Shown here in pieces: positions 7,226 through 16,462 of a stretch of 64,000 nucleotides of DNA; the stretch's first letter is position 1; every line of letters starts with the position of its first letter. This stretch comes from Candidatus Aenigmatarchaeota archaeon (GTDB lineage Archaea > Aenigmatarchaeota > Aenigmatarchaeia > CG10238-14). Both the position numbers and the translations under genes were made by a program. Under the pieces are notes generated by a model that made no database searches, was not told where the DNA came from, and saw nothing but the letters and a program-made list of their open reading frames with translations. The stretch spans positions 55,261 through 119,260 of the forward strand of contig JASEGC010000001.1 in the NCBI GenBank assembly GCA_030018415.1. The letters are read 5' to 3'.

Positions 7226-9577
7226 TCACTTTTTTTTCAATTTTCTTAATTCTTTTCTTCTTGTCTTCCATGTTTCAAATAATTCTTTTACAGCTTCTGG
7301 AACTTTTTCTTCGGTGACTTTAAGTAATCTTGCAGTTTCAGTGAGAATTCTTTCTTTTTCTCTGAGATATTTTAATGCCACGTCTCCGGTAGAAAACTCG
7401 ATACGATTAACTCCATCCTGAATGCGTTTTGTTTTTAAAATAATTATGAACCCCACATCCCTAGTCGAATTTCCGTGTGTCCCTCCGCAACACTCATGGT
7501 CGATATTACCAATAGAAACAATCCTCAACCTACCCTCTGGAACGGTTCCGCCTTGATATATCCTAAACCCATATTTTTTTTCTGCTTCATTCCTCGGTAA
7601 AACTTCGATCTTTATAGGAAGGTTCTTTTTTATAATCTCGTTTGCTTTTTCTTCTATTTTTTCGATCTGTTCATCAGTTAGACTCTCAAAATGTGTTATA
7701 TCTAATCTTGCTTTGTCTGTGGTTACCTCACTCCCAGCTTGCCATACCCATTGACCTATCACTTCTCTTGCTGATGCAAGCACTATATGCACGGCATCAT
7801 GATTTTTTGTTAAACTTTCTCTTCGGTAATTATTGATATTACAATTAACAACTTGTCCCTCTTTTAATTTACCAAGAATTCTATGAACAACAACATCACC
7901 AACTTTCTGAACATCTGATACGGGAAAATCTTCGATAAAACCAACGTCTGATAATTGTCCCCCCGACGTAGCGTAAAAGTAAGTCTTATCTAATACAACC
8001 CATTTATCGTCAATCATTCTCAAAACTTTAGCCTGAAATTCCGTTTTTTTTGGATCATCGTAGACCAATAATTCAGTAGGAGGCAAACCACTGACATCTA
8101 TTGGTTCTTGGATAGTTATTTTACTTTCTCTCATATGTTTTTCAGTAACTTTCACGTAGAAATCGACTGGAATTTTTAAATCTTGAATATAATCCTGAAC
8201 TAATTCTGGTGTAATACCTTCTGAATCATAGAGTTTAATCAGCCTTTCTTCATCGATTTTCTCGCCTTTTTGAATTATAGCCTCAACAATTCTCTTTGTT
8301 CTTAATTTAGTCTCATGAAATCTTTTTTTCTCTATTTCGAGAATCTTTTGAATCTCATTCAAATTTTCAGATAGCTCGGGACAAATTAATTTAAGATGTC
8401 TAGCATGTAACTCACAAACATCTATCAAATCGATATTCCATCTGAATTCATCGATAAAACTTAAAGCTCTTCTCAAGATGACACGAAGATTATAACCACC
8501 ACCAACATTCGAAGGTAATAACCCATCTGCGATTGCAAAGGTTAATCCCATCGTATGGTCTGAGATTGCATACAAAGCTTCTAATGGTTTGATTTTTTGA
8601 TCCAACAAATCTAGAGTTACTCCTAATTGATTAGCTATCTGTTCTCTCATTTTCCTTATATTTTTCACTTCATCTAGATTTAGAGAGCCAGCAAGCTTTG
8701 AGTATCGCAAGAAGAATTCAGCATCATATTTGATTCCAGTTTGCTTTTTCAAATATCTCAAAATTGGTTCGAATGTAACATCATAAGAAGTTGGTGTTCC
8801 TTGAGTAATCCAAGCAAATCTTTCCAGACCAGCACCCATATCTATTATTTTTTCTTTCATCTCAGTTATGTTAGAATTAATTGATTTGAATTGTGTAAAT
8901 ACAGCATTACCAATTTCTAACCCTCTGACAAAATATTCAAGAGATGGACCAAGCGCTCCAGGACCAACCCAAAGATTTTCCAAGAAAACTATCTCTTCTG
9001 GTTTAATCCCAAAAGGCCCTGATAAAAGTTTGAAATCTAATTCAATACATCTATCCTTCCAGTATCCTTGATGCCCATCGAAGAGTGAATGTTGGCCTAT
9101 CATGCAAAAACAACTGTAATGTCTACCAGTAACACCAACATTAGGGATATCGTTGAAGCGAAGACAAAACTGTGGGACAATCAACGGATTTTCGGGAAAC
9201 TGAAATATTACTTCATTCTTTTCTAAACGTTGAAAATCTATTATTGAAGCGATCGTAAAGAAAAGATCAGGTCTCCATCTACAAACAATCGGATATCTTC
9301 TAATACTTGCATGATCATGCTTTCTGAAGAAATCTTCAATCACCTTCCAAGTTTGAACGTAATCGAACCTTTTACTCGTGGGAGGATTGTCCAAAAATTC
9401 GTAGAATTGACAAGGCTGATCTGGACAATGTTCTCTATCTTCATCCAGAGTCCAATAACCTCTTCCACATTTAGGACAGACTTTCCTAATAAACCCTTGA
9501 TCGATTAAAAAATCGATTTTATAATGTTTTTCCCAGTCCTTTGTGAATTCCAAACGCAATTTTTCTTTAGTGAGCAT
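7226..9577 (-). CDS. alaS: Alanine--tRNA ligase (archaeal type, lacking C-terminal DHHA1 domain)
   Basis: TIASI.DFQ, VGVTGRH, DMGAGLER, editing HxxxH and CGGTH motifs. Confidence 0.97.
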   Translation of the reverse strand: MLTKEKLRLEFTKDWEKHYKIDFLIDQGFIRKVCPKCGRGYWTLDEDREHCPDQPCQFYEFLDNPPTSKRFDYVQTWKVIEDFFRKHDHASIRRYPIVCRWRPDLFFTIASIIDFQRLEKNEVIFQFPENPLIVPQFCLRFNDIPNVGVTGRHYSCFCMIGQHSLFDGHQGYWKDRCIELDFKLLSGPFGIKPEEIVFLENLWVGPGALGPSLEYFVRGLEIGNAVFTQFKSINSNITEMKEKIIDMGAGLERFAWITQGTPTSYDVTFEPILRYLKKQTGIKYDAEFFLRYSKLAGSLNLDEVKNIRKMREQIANQLGVTLDLLDQKIKPLEALYAISDHTMGLTFAIADGLLPSNVGGGYNLRVILRRALSFIDEFRWNIDLIDVCELHARHLKLICPELSENLNEIQKILEIEKKRFHETKLRTKRIVEAIIQKGEKIDEERLIKLYDSEGITPELVQDYIQDLKIPVDFYVKVTEKHMRESKITIQEPIDVSGLPPTELLVYDDPKKTEFQAKVLRMIDDKWVVLDKTYFYATSGGQLSDVGFIEDFPVSDVQKVGDVVVHRILGKLKEGQVVNCNINNYRRESLTKNHDAVHIVLASAREVIGQWVWQAGSEVTTDKARLDITHFESLTDEQIEKIEEKANEIIKKNLPIKIEVLPRNEAEKKYGFRIYQGGTVPEGRLRIVSIGNIDHECCGGTHGNSTRDVGFIIILKTKRIQDGVNRIEFSTGDVALKYLREKERILTETARLLKVTEEKVPEAVKELFETWKTRRKELRKLKKK

Positions 9578-9753
9578 ATAATCACCAAAAGAGAATATCT
9601 AGAAACAAGATTATAAGTTTAATTTTTTCGTCAAAAAATTTTGAAAAATTCTCAGTAAACATAGTTATTGTTAAACGATATCTTTAAATATTAGTGATAT
9701 ATTAATCAAATATTACTCGAGGTGTTTAAAAAACTTCCTTCAAGAGGTGTGGT

Positions 9754-9855
9754 ATGTCAGAGTGGGACGACGAAGATTGGGACGACGAAGAAGATGAGGA
9801 AGAATGGGAGGAAAGCAGTGAGGAAGAAGCCTGGGAAGAATCTGAAGATTGGTAA
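9754..9855 (+). CDS. 33-aa highly acidic, Trp-repeat peptide
   Basis: SD GAGGTG then MSEWDDEDWDDEEDEEEWEESSEEEAWEESEDW*, followed by a T tract. Confidence 0.7.
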   Translation: MSEWDDEDWDDEEDEEEWEESSEEEAWEESEDW

Positions 9856-9939
9856 TTTTTATTTGAATTGATAAACAACGAAAGAAAGAGAACGTCAGAA
9901 AATTCAAATAGTCTCTTCCTTTTTATTTTTTCTAAAAAA

Positions 9940-10410
9940 CTAATCTACTAAAGCTTTAATCAAATCCGCTCTAGCAACTATTCCTACAAGTTTTCCTCCA
10001 TCCACAACTGGTAATCTGTTAACATCATACTTTTCCATCATTTCGGCAACTTCTACTAATGTTGTAGAAGGAGATACAACTATCACATTCTTAGTCATCA
10101 CATCTTTCACTTTCGATTTTGATGCCTTCTCGAGTTCTCTTCTAACGTCAACACGTAATTTTTGCATTTGGATGAAAGCAAGCAATAACCATGAAAGACC
10201 TGGAAACTCTATCTTGGGCAATTTCCCCAATTTTATGTCGATGAATTTGATGATATCCGAGATGCTAATTATTCCAACAATCTTTCCATCCTTCACGACA
10301 GGAGCACCTGCAATGTTCAATTTAGCCAACAATTTTGCAGCATCGAATATTGTGTCATCAGGAGAGAGAATTATCACCTTCGTGTTCATGAAATCTTTTA
10401 CTTGTTTCAT
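9940..10410 (-). CDS. CBS domain pair protein
   Basis: VKDFM...APVV...VGIIS.SDI and VKDVMT...RLPVVD.GKLVGIV.R.DL. Confidence 0.92.
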   Translation of the reverse strand: MKQVKDFMNTKVIILSPDDTIFDAAKLLAKLNIAGAPVVKDGKIVGIISISDIIKFIDIKLGKLPKIEFPGLSWLLLAFIQMQKLRVDVRRELEKASKSKVKDVMTKNVIVVSPSTTLVEVAEMMEKYDVNRLPVVDGGKLVGIVARADLIKALVD

Positions 10411-10443
10411 GATAATATTGTGATTTATACGAATAAAAAATTG

Positions 10444-10764
10444 TCACTCGACAATTGCTCCATTACTTATTTCTTTCTCAGGTTTAATCAGAACAACCTT
10501 ATTCCCTTCTACAGCTGCCAAAATCATTATTTCTGACAGTTCTCCCATTAACTTTGCTGGCTCTAAGTTAGTGACGAAAATAAATTGCTTTCCTTCTAGT
10601 TCTTCTGGTTTATAATATCCTTTTATTCCAGCGATAGCTTGCTTTATACTTCCACCTATGTCAACTTGGAATTTCAACAAGTTTTTCGAATTAGGAATTT
10701 CCAAAACTTCCTCTACAGTCCCAACTCTCATCTCAATTTTCTTGAAATCTTTAAAACTTATCAT
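10444..10764 (-). CDS. tRNA-binding domain protein (Trbp111 / MetRS C-terminal OB domain)
   Basis: DFKKIEMRVG...NLEPAKLMG..SE.MILAA; directly follows metG. Confidence 0.9.
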   Translation of the reverse strand: MISFKDFKKIEMRVGTVEEVLEIPNSKNLLKFQVDIGGSIKQAIAGIKGYYKPEELEGKQFIFVTNLEPAKLMGELSEIMILAAVEGNKVVLIKPEKEISNGAIVE

Positions 10765-10773
10765 ACCATCTCC

Positions 10774-12438
10774 TTAACTCTTCAATTTATCTTTCTGTCT
10801 TTTAATATCTTCATATTCAATCTTCTTGAACAATATTTCTGGTTTGCTAATCCTGTGACCAGGTTTTATCATAAATTTTGAAATGGAATCCCAACCATGT
10901 TCATATACGCTTTCATGAATGTTTAATTGTTTCCATATTCTCTCCGCAGAAAAAGGTAAAAAAGGTTCGAGTAATATTGCTAGAGATCTTACTGCGTTTA
11001 TGGACAGATATAAACAATTTGTAGATCTTCTCTCGTTGGCCCAAGGTTCATTTTTCTGGAAATATTTGTTACAATGATCAGAAAACTCCAAGATCTTTTT
11101 TAATGCCTTATTCAACTCAATTTTTTCCATACAATTTCCAACATCTTCTTCGATGTCCCAAATCATCCTTTCAAATGATGTATCTAAATCATTATATTCT
11201 TCTTTCGCTTCTGGGACTATACCGTTAAACTTTGACCAAATAAAACTTAGAGTCCTGTAAATGAAGTTTCCAATGTTTGCGACCAATTCATTGTTTATTC
11301 TTGAATAGAATTCATCCCAATCAAAATTAACATCTGTCTGTTCATATGGTGTGATGATAGAAAGATAATATCTAAGGTAATCTGGTGGGAATTCATTAAG
11401 AAAATCCCTTAAACTCACATACCATCCCCGACTCTTCGAGAATTTCTGACCTTGCAAAATTAAATGGCCTCTGGTTGGGATAAAATCTGGCAGTTTGAAC
11501 TCCCCAACGCCCATCCTCATCGCTGTTAAGAATAGATAATGGTGGTAAACTATGTCCTTGCCTATGAAATGATATATCTTAGAAGAATTCCAAAAAATCT
11601 TCCCATCTACTTTTTTGCTGGATAGATGTTTCAACGCTGTTGAGATGTAACACAAGTGGTTGTCAAACCATCCATACAAAACTTTATCTCTTGCTTCTTT
11701 CAGCGGAACAGGAACACCCCATGGTATATCCCTGGTGATGTCCCAATCCTTCAGACCATCTTCGATCCATTTCAGGACATAATTCTTGACCTCTGGCTGT
11801 AAATTCTTGTTTAAATTTAACCATCTACTCAGCTCATCAGAGAAATGCGATAATTTCAGGAAGTAATGTTCGCTCTCTTTCGTTATTGGCTTCGATCCGC
11901 ACATCGCGCAGTGAGCATCTAAAATCTCGCCAAGCTGAAAAATTTTACCACAATTATCGCATCCATCTGAATACTGATCTATTGATTTACAATATGGACA
12001 CGTTCCCTTAATGTATCGATCTGGAAGGTAGCTTTTACATTTCTCACAAAAAGGCTGCATTATTGTTTGTTTAAAGATGTGACCTTTTTCAAGTAGTTTT
12101 AAGAAAAAATATTGTGTTAATTTGATGTTCTCTATAGAGCTGGTCTTATAAAAGATATCAAAAGATATACCAAAATCTTGGAAATCTTTTCTGTCAACCT
12201 CATTCCAATAATCAACTATTTCTTCAGGAGTTTTACCCTCTTGCTCTGCTTTTATCAGGATCGGGGTACCAAAATCATCTGTTGCACAAACATGAATGAC
12301 ATTGTTACCCTTTAACCTATGAAATCTTGTGAAGATATCGGCAGGTAGATAAGTTGATGTAACATGACCTAGATGGATCTCACCATTCGCATAAGGGAGA
12401 GCTGAAGTTATTATTATTCTTTTCTTTAATTTATTCAC
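10774..12438 (-). CDS. metG: Methionine--tRNA ligase (catalytic part)
   Basis: LPYANGEIHLGH (HIGH) and KFSKS (KMSKS) motifs, zinc knuckles. Confidence 0.97.
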   Translation of the reverse strand: MNKLKKRIIITSALPYANGEIHLGHVTSTYLPADIFTRFHRLKGNNVIHVCATDDFGTPILIKAEQEGKTPEEIVDYWNEVDRKDFQDFGISFDIFYKTSSIENIKLTQYFFLKLLEKGHIFKQTIMQPFCEKCKSYLPDRYIKGTCPYCKSIDQYSDGCDNCGKIFQLGEILDAHCAMCGSKPITKESEHYFLKLSHFSDELSRWLNLNKNLQPEVKNYVLKWIEDGLKDWDITRDIPWGVPVPLKEARDKVLYGWFDNHLCYISTALKHLSSKKVDGKIFWNSSKIYHFIGKDIVYHHYLFLTAMRMGVGEFKLPDFIPTRGHLILQGQKFSKSRGWYVSLRDFLNEFPPDYLRYYLSIITPYEQTDVNFDWDEFYSRINNELVANIGNFIYRTLSFIWSKFNGIVPEAKEEYNDLDTSFERMIWDIEEDVGNCMEKIELNKALKKILEFSDHCNKYFQKNEPWANERRSTNCLYLSINAVRSLAILLEPFLPFSAERIWKQLNIHESVYEHGWDSISKFMIKPGHRISKPEILFKKIEYEDIKRQKDKLKS

Positions 12439-12544
12439 CTCTAGTTTCAGGTTAACACTTATCTTATATGTTCTAAAAATTTTAATTTTTTCTTAAAGTA
12501 AGTCGCGATAAAAAATAGGATTAAGGAAGATCATGTTAAATTCA

Positions 12545-12703
12545 TCAACGAAATACTCCTTTAACTTTTTTCATTTGTTCTCCTCTAGTTACTGGCTTCG
12601 ATATCTCTTCTAATACTTTCCAACCACAATTTGGGCATTCGTTTCCGAGAAAAAATTTACCACACCTGGGACAAGTTTTACCTACTTCTCCGATTGCAAT
12701 CAC
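12545..12703 (-). CDS. Small zinc-ribbon protein (CPRC...CPNC)
   Basis: ...GEVGKTCPRCGKFFLGNECPNCGWKVLEEISKPVTRGEQMKKVKGVFR*. Start is GTG 12703, or ATC just after the GGTGAT SD. Confidence 0.6.
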   Translation of the reverse strand: MIAIGEVGKTCPRCGKFFLGNECPNCGWKVLEEISKPVTRGEQMKKVKGVFR

Positions 12704-12757
12704 CACAATTGAATTTGAGTTGATGATTAATAAATGTATTCATTCAAAATAAATTGT

Positions 12758-13861
12758 ATGGAAAATTTTCAAAAGAGACTCGATGAGATAATCGATAAAA
12801 TCAGCTATTTAGAAACGAGAAGAATTAAAATGGGTAATTTTTTGAAAGAGATAAACGATTCATTCAGGATAGGACCTAACGAAGAAATACCTGATGCTAA
12901 AATCATCAACAAAGTTCCTGCTAGAGAATTCAAGCGAATGAAGGTTTTGGGTATCGATGGAGGAATTGTTAAACACAGCTATCATGGCCTGGATATAATG
13001 CTCATGAGGTCTGTTGGGGTCAATTTTGAGTATGTGGATGGAAAATTAGGAAATGTTGATTATTATCCAAATTCAAACCCACTACCCAACCCAAAAATTA
13101 TTTTTGATTCTTTTTCCGATGTTGAATTGAACTCATGCTATAATTTTGAACGCCAGATTATGGAGATCTTAGCGGCAATAGAATCGATGAAGAAATTTAG
13201 TCCTGATATTACACTCTTAGATGGCTCGATAATCCCACATTATGTTCCGACTCCAGATAACCCTGTCCTAAAAGAGTACTACAAAAATCTCATAGATACT
13301 TACAAAGCAATGTTCGAAATTTCAAGAGAAAAAAATATCATCCTAGCTGGAATCATAGAAGATAGTCGAGGGATAAAATTTTGTGATATTGTGAACAGGA
13401 GAATTCTATCACAAGTTAAATTAGACATTGCAAAAGAATTGAAATTGATCCTTGAAAAAACAAAAGATACTAACTTATTATACTACGCTCTAGAAAGGGG
13501 AGAGAGAAGTTGCGTGTTCAACTATTCACAGAATCCGATGGTTCATCCAGTGCTTAAAGAATTTGAAAGTATGAACAACTTCTTCTACAGCTTCTACCTA
13601 AAAACAGTCGATTTTGATAGGCCTTTGAGGGTTGATCTTTTATGCTTTAAAGATGTTTTGGAGGTTGTGGATGAGCTCTCTTCTGTGTTGATGCAGATAA
13701 GTGGACATTCTGGCTATGGCATGCCATCTGTCTTGATAGAAGCAGATCAAAGAGCAAGATTATCAGAAAAAGATTTGGAAATGTTTTACTCTGATTTGAT
13801 AGTTAGAATGGGCAATGTATCAACCCTGTTCAAGATGAGAAGGGAGATGAGACCATTTTAA
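12758..13861 (+). CDS. nurA: NurA family nuclease
   Basis: GIDGG, LLDGS, GYGMPSVLIEADQRAR motifs. Confidence 0.85.
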   Translation: MENFQKRLDEIIDKISYLETRRIKMGNFLKEINDSFRIGPNEEIPDAKIINKVPAREFKRMKVLGIDGGIVKHSYHGLDIMLMRSVGVNFEYVDGKLGNVDYYPNSNPLPNPKIIFDSFSDVELNSCYNFERQIMEILAAIESMKKFSPDITLLDGSIIPHYVPTPDNPVLKEYYKNLIDTYKAMFEISREKNIILAGIIEDSRGIKFCDIVNRRILSQVKLDIAKELKLILEKTKDTNLLYYALERGERSCVFNYSQNPMVHPVLKEFESMNNFFYSFYLKTVDFDRPLRVDLLCFKDVLEVVDELSSVLMQISGHSGYGMPSVLIEADQRARLSEKDLEMFYSDLIVRMGNVSTLFKMRREMRPF

Positions 13862-14559
13862 GTTAAGCTCAAGATTAGATTAATACCATTCAAAGTTGCT
13901 TTCTCAATCTTGCCAGTCATTGTGAGTGAATCTTTATCCTGTTTTATTTCACCAAGAAAGTTCTTTAAACTCAAATTATCTTTTTCCAATGCGAGAGGTG
14001 GTAAATCTTTCAGTTTAAGCATTCCAGAAACCCCAGTAAAAACTAAATCTTCTTTGTAGACATTGCTCAACACGTATTCAACTGGTTTTCCTGTCACAGA
14101 AAAATCTACAACTTTTTCTCCATCCTTTGGAGAAAAAATTAAGCCATTTATTTCAACTAAAGCGGATTGACCAGAAATTCTCATGATATTGTTTGCATCG
14201 ATCGAGATAGTACCAACCATACCACTAGTCTTTAACACGATGTTTTTTCCATCCTTCACGCTTATTTTTTGGCCACTAACTGTGATAGAATCGTATTTCA
14301 AAGTTCCATCAAAATTTACCGCTTCAACATCAAAATTTTGACCATCCAAAATACTAGGATTTGTTGTTAAACTAAATTCAAAAGTATTATTTGGATATGG
14401 CTTACTAAACTTGCCGGTTATTCCCTTGAAAAAATTGCCCACACTCCTTACGTATTTATCCAAGTACTTCTCTCTAAAATCCCTTCCTTTATCTGAAAAA
14501 ATTAATAAACCTGTTATTGCAATTATGATGAATAATGCAAGCAATACTTTCCAGTTCAT
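13858..14559 (-). CDS. Hypothetical membrane-anchored beta-rich protein
   Basis: N-terminal TM helix, 233-aa ORF. Confidence 0.7.
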   Translation of the reverse strand: MNWKVLLALFIIIAITGLLIFSDKGRDFREKYLDKYVRSVGNFFKGITGKFSKPYPNNTFEFSLTTNPSILDGQNFDVEAVNFDGTLKYDSITVSGQKISVKDGKNIVLKTSGMVGTISIDANNIMRISGQSALVEINGLIFSPKDGEKVVDFSVTGKPVEYVLSNVYKEDLVFTGVSGMLKLKDLPPLALEKDNLSLKNFLGEIKQDKDSLTMTGKIEKATLNGINLILSLT

Positions 14560-14584
14560 ATAATACCTATATTTATAATGTTAG

Positions 14585-15799
14585 ATGATAAATTTAAGTA
14601 TAGGTGATTCTTTGAATGGTTTTGGAGAAGGCATTTGGGGGCAATTGATAAGCCTAATGCTTTTCTTGATATTCATATTCTTCTACCAAAGAATAATGGT
14701 CATGCAGATCTTATTTAAACTAGAAAGAAGTGCTGAATTGTTTGAAAGGATGTCTACCAAAGCAGAGATGACTGTCTTAAAGAAAATTAGCAAGAAACCA
14801 GATAAAAAACTGAAAAATAGCATCAAGAATTTCTTGGAATTCTTTGTTATTTCTCCAGTCGATCTTGATCCTTATGGTATCATCAAGAAATTAGAGCATA
14901 TTATCGATCTTGAAAAAGATCGCTTCAATTATTTTGTCGGGCAGGTAGCTCCCAAATTTGATCTTGAAGCAAGAGCAAACATAGTGATGGGCCTGTCTGG
15001 AGCTATGAGTCTCTATCAACTGTCAAAACTCGTGAGGCATTTCGTGGAATTGATCAAAAAAACGAAGAGTATAAACTTGGCGATGTTACTACAAATGCAA
15101 CTTCCTTTGATGGAGAGACTTGCAAAGGCATTAGTCAAAGGAACTGAGGCATTGACTAACGGCTGGCCTATCGGAGATACGATTGGAGCTTATGTCGCAG
15201 CGGATTTAATAGGCGACTCAAAGGTGATAGAGGCTGATGACGAGACAGTTGTTGCGAGAAAAAAATACAGAAAAAGAGACTTAATCATAATTAAAGCTAA
15301 AGGACCTGGGGGTAGGACAGGTAATCCTGGTAGAGTTTTAGACAAAATTTGCAAAAAAGAAAAGATCGCAAAAATAATCACGATCGATGCAGCTTTAAAG
15401 TTAGAAGGGGAGAAGACAGGAACGATAGCAGAAGGAGTAGGAGTAGCATTAGGAGGCATAGGTGTTGAGAGATCGTACATAGAAGAAGTCGCAGTAAAGA
15501 AAAAAATACCGCTTGACTCGATCATAATAAAGATGGGACAAGAAGAAGCCATAATGCCGATAAAAAAACCCATAGCAGATTCTCTGCCAAAAGTCATGCA
15601 TGTTTTAAACAAATGCATAGATAGGACGAGAGAAAAGGGGAAGATAATCGTCGTGGGTGTGGGTAATACTTCTGGTATCGGTAATAATAGAAGGGATTTG
15701 GAAAAAAGTAAAAAAGTAATAATGGATAACATAAAGAAAATGAAAGCCCTAGAAAAGAAGAGGAAGAAGAGATTTAAATTATTCTCAGAGTGGTCCTGA
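14585..15799 (+). CDS. DUF1512 family protein
   Basis: PVDLDPYGII, PIGD.IG, KAKGPGG, IDAALKLEGE.TG.IAEGVG, GVGNT.GIG. Confidence 0.85.
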   Translation: MINLSIGDSLNGFGEGIWGQLISLMLFLIFIFFYQRIMVMQILFKLERSAELFERMSTKAEMTVLKKISKKPDKKLKNSIKNFLEFFVISPVDLDPYGIIKKLEHIIDLEKDRFNYFVGQVAPKFDLEARANIVMGLSGAMSLYQLSKLVRHFVELIKKTKSINLAMLLQMQLPLMERLAKALVKGTEALTNGWPIGDTIGAYVAADLIGDSKVIEADDETVVARKKYRKRDLIIIKAKGPGGRTGNPGRVLDKICKKEKIAKIITIDAALKLEGEKTGTIAEGVGVALGGIGVERSYIEEVAVKKKIPLDSIIIKMGQEEAIMPIKKPIADSLPKVMHVLNKCIDRTREKGKIIVVGVGNTSGIGNNRRDLEKSKKVIMDNIKKMKALEKKRKKRFKLFSEWS

Positions 15800-16416
15800 T
15801 GAAAAGAGGACTTTTTTTGGTCATAGAAGGGCCTGACGCTTCTGGTCAATCGACCCAAACTGAACTGTTAGCGAAATGGTTCGAGAGAAGAGGATTAAAG
15901 GTCTTTGTGACGAAAGAACCTACAAACAGTTTGATCGGGGGGGTAATCAGAGCCGTCTTGAAAAAAGAGTGGAAAATTGATATGAGAACTCTACAATTAC
16001 TGTTCACAGCTGATAGAGCACATCACTTGCGAATGGAAATTAACCCAATGCTGGAAAGGGGTATAAATGTTGTGTGTGATCGTTATATTCTATCTACATT
16101 AGCCTTCGGTTCTACAGAAGAAGACTTAGAATGGTTGAAACAGATCAACTCAAAATTTCCTGAGCCTGATTTAACATTCATACTCAACGTTCCTGGCAAG
16201 ATATGCGCCGAAAGAATAGCTAAATCAAGGTTTGGGTTCGAATTCTTCGAGACTGCTGAAAAATTGGAAATTATCAGGAAGAATTATTTAGATTTAAAGG
16301 ATTTCTACAAGAACACTCACGTTATCAAAGGATACAATAGAAGTCCAGTAAAAGTACACAAAGATATAGTTGAAATAATAGAGAAGTTCTGTCTTGAGAA
16401 GGGAATTAAAATCTAA
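15799..16416 (+). CDS. tmk: Thymidylate kinase-like protein 1 (P-loop Lys replaced by Gln)
   Basis: EGPDASGQST, TKEP, LLFTADR, DRY..S.LAF, PDL motifs. Confidence 0.85.
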   Translation: MKRGLFLVIEGPDASGQSTQTELLAKWFERRGLKVFVTKEPTNSLIGGVIRAVLKKEWKIDMRTLQLLFTADRAHHLRMEINPMLERGINVVCDRYILSTLAFGSTEEDLEWLKQINSKFPEPDLTFILNVPGKICAERIAKSRFGFEFFETAEKLEIIRKNYLDLKDFYKNTHVIKGYNRSPVKVHKDIVEIIEKFCLEKGIKI

Positions 16417-16462
16417 ACTTAAATTTTAAATAAACAAATAACCTTCTTTAAAGAGGATTGTA

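Noticed and set aside
10444-12438. Split MetRS as a novelty or intron case
   Set aside because: A separate Trbp111-like C-terminal domain with its own SD and ATG is a known arrangement.
12758-13861. nurA without herA/mre11/rad50
   Set aside because: Operon fragmentation is common in such genomes, and the partners may lie outside the window.
15190-15858. 222-aa antisense ORF (and similar antisense ORFs, e.g. 32755-33231, 55245-55685)
   Set aside because: Shadow frames of well-supported genes, with no motifs or SD sites.
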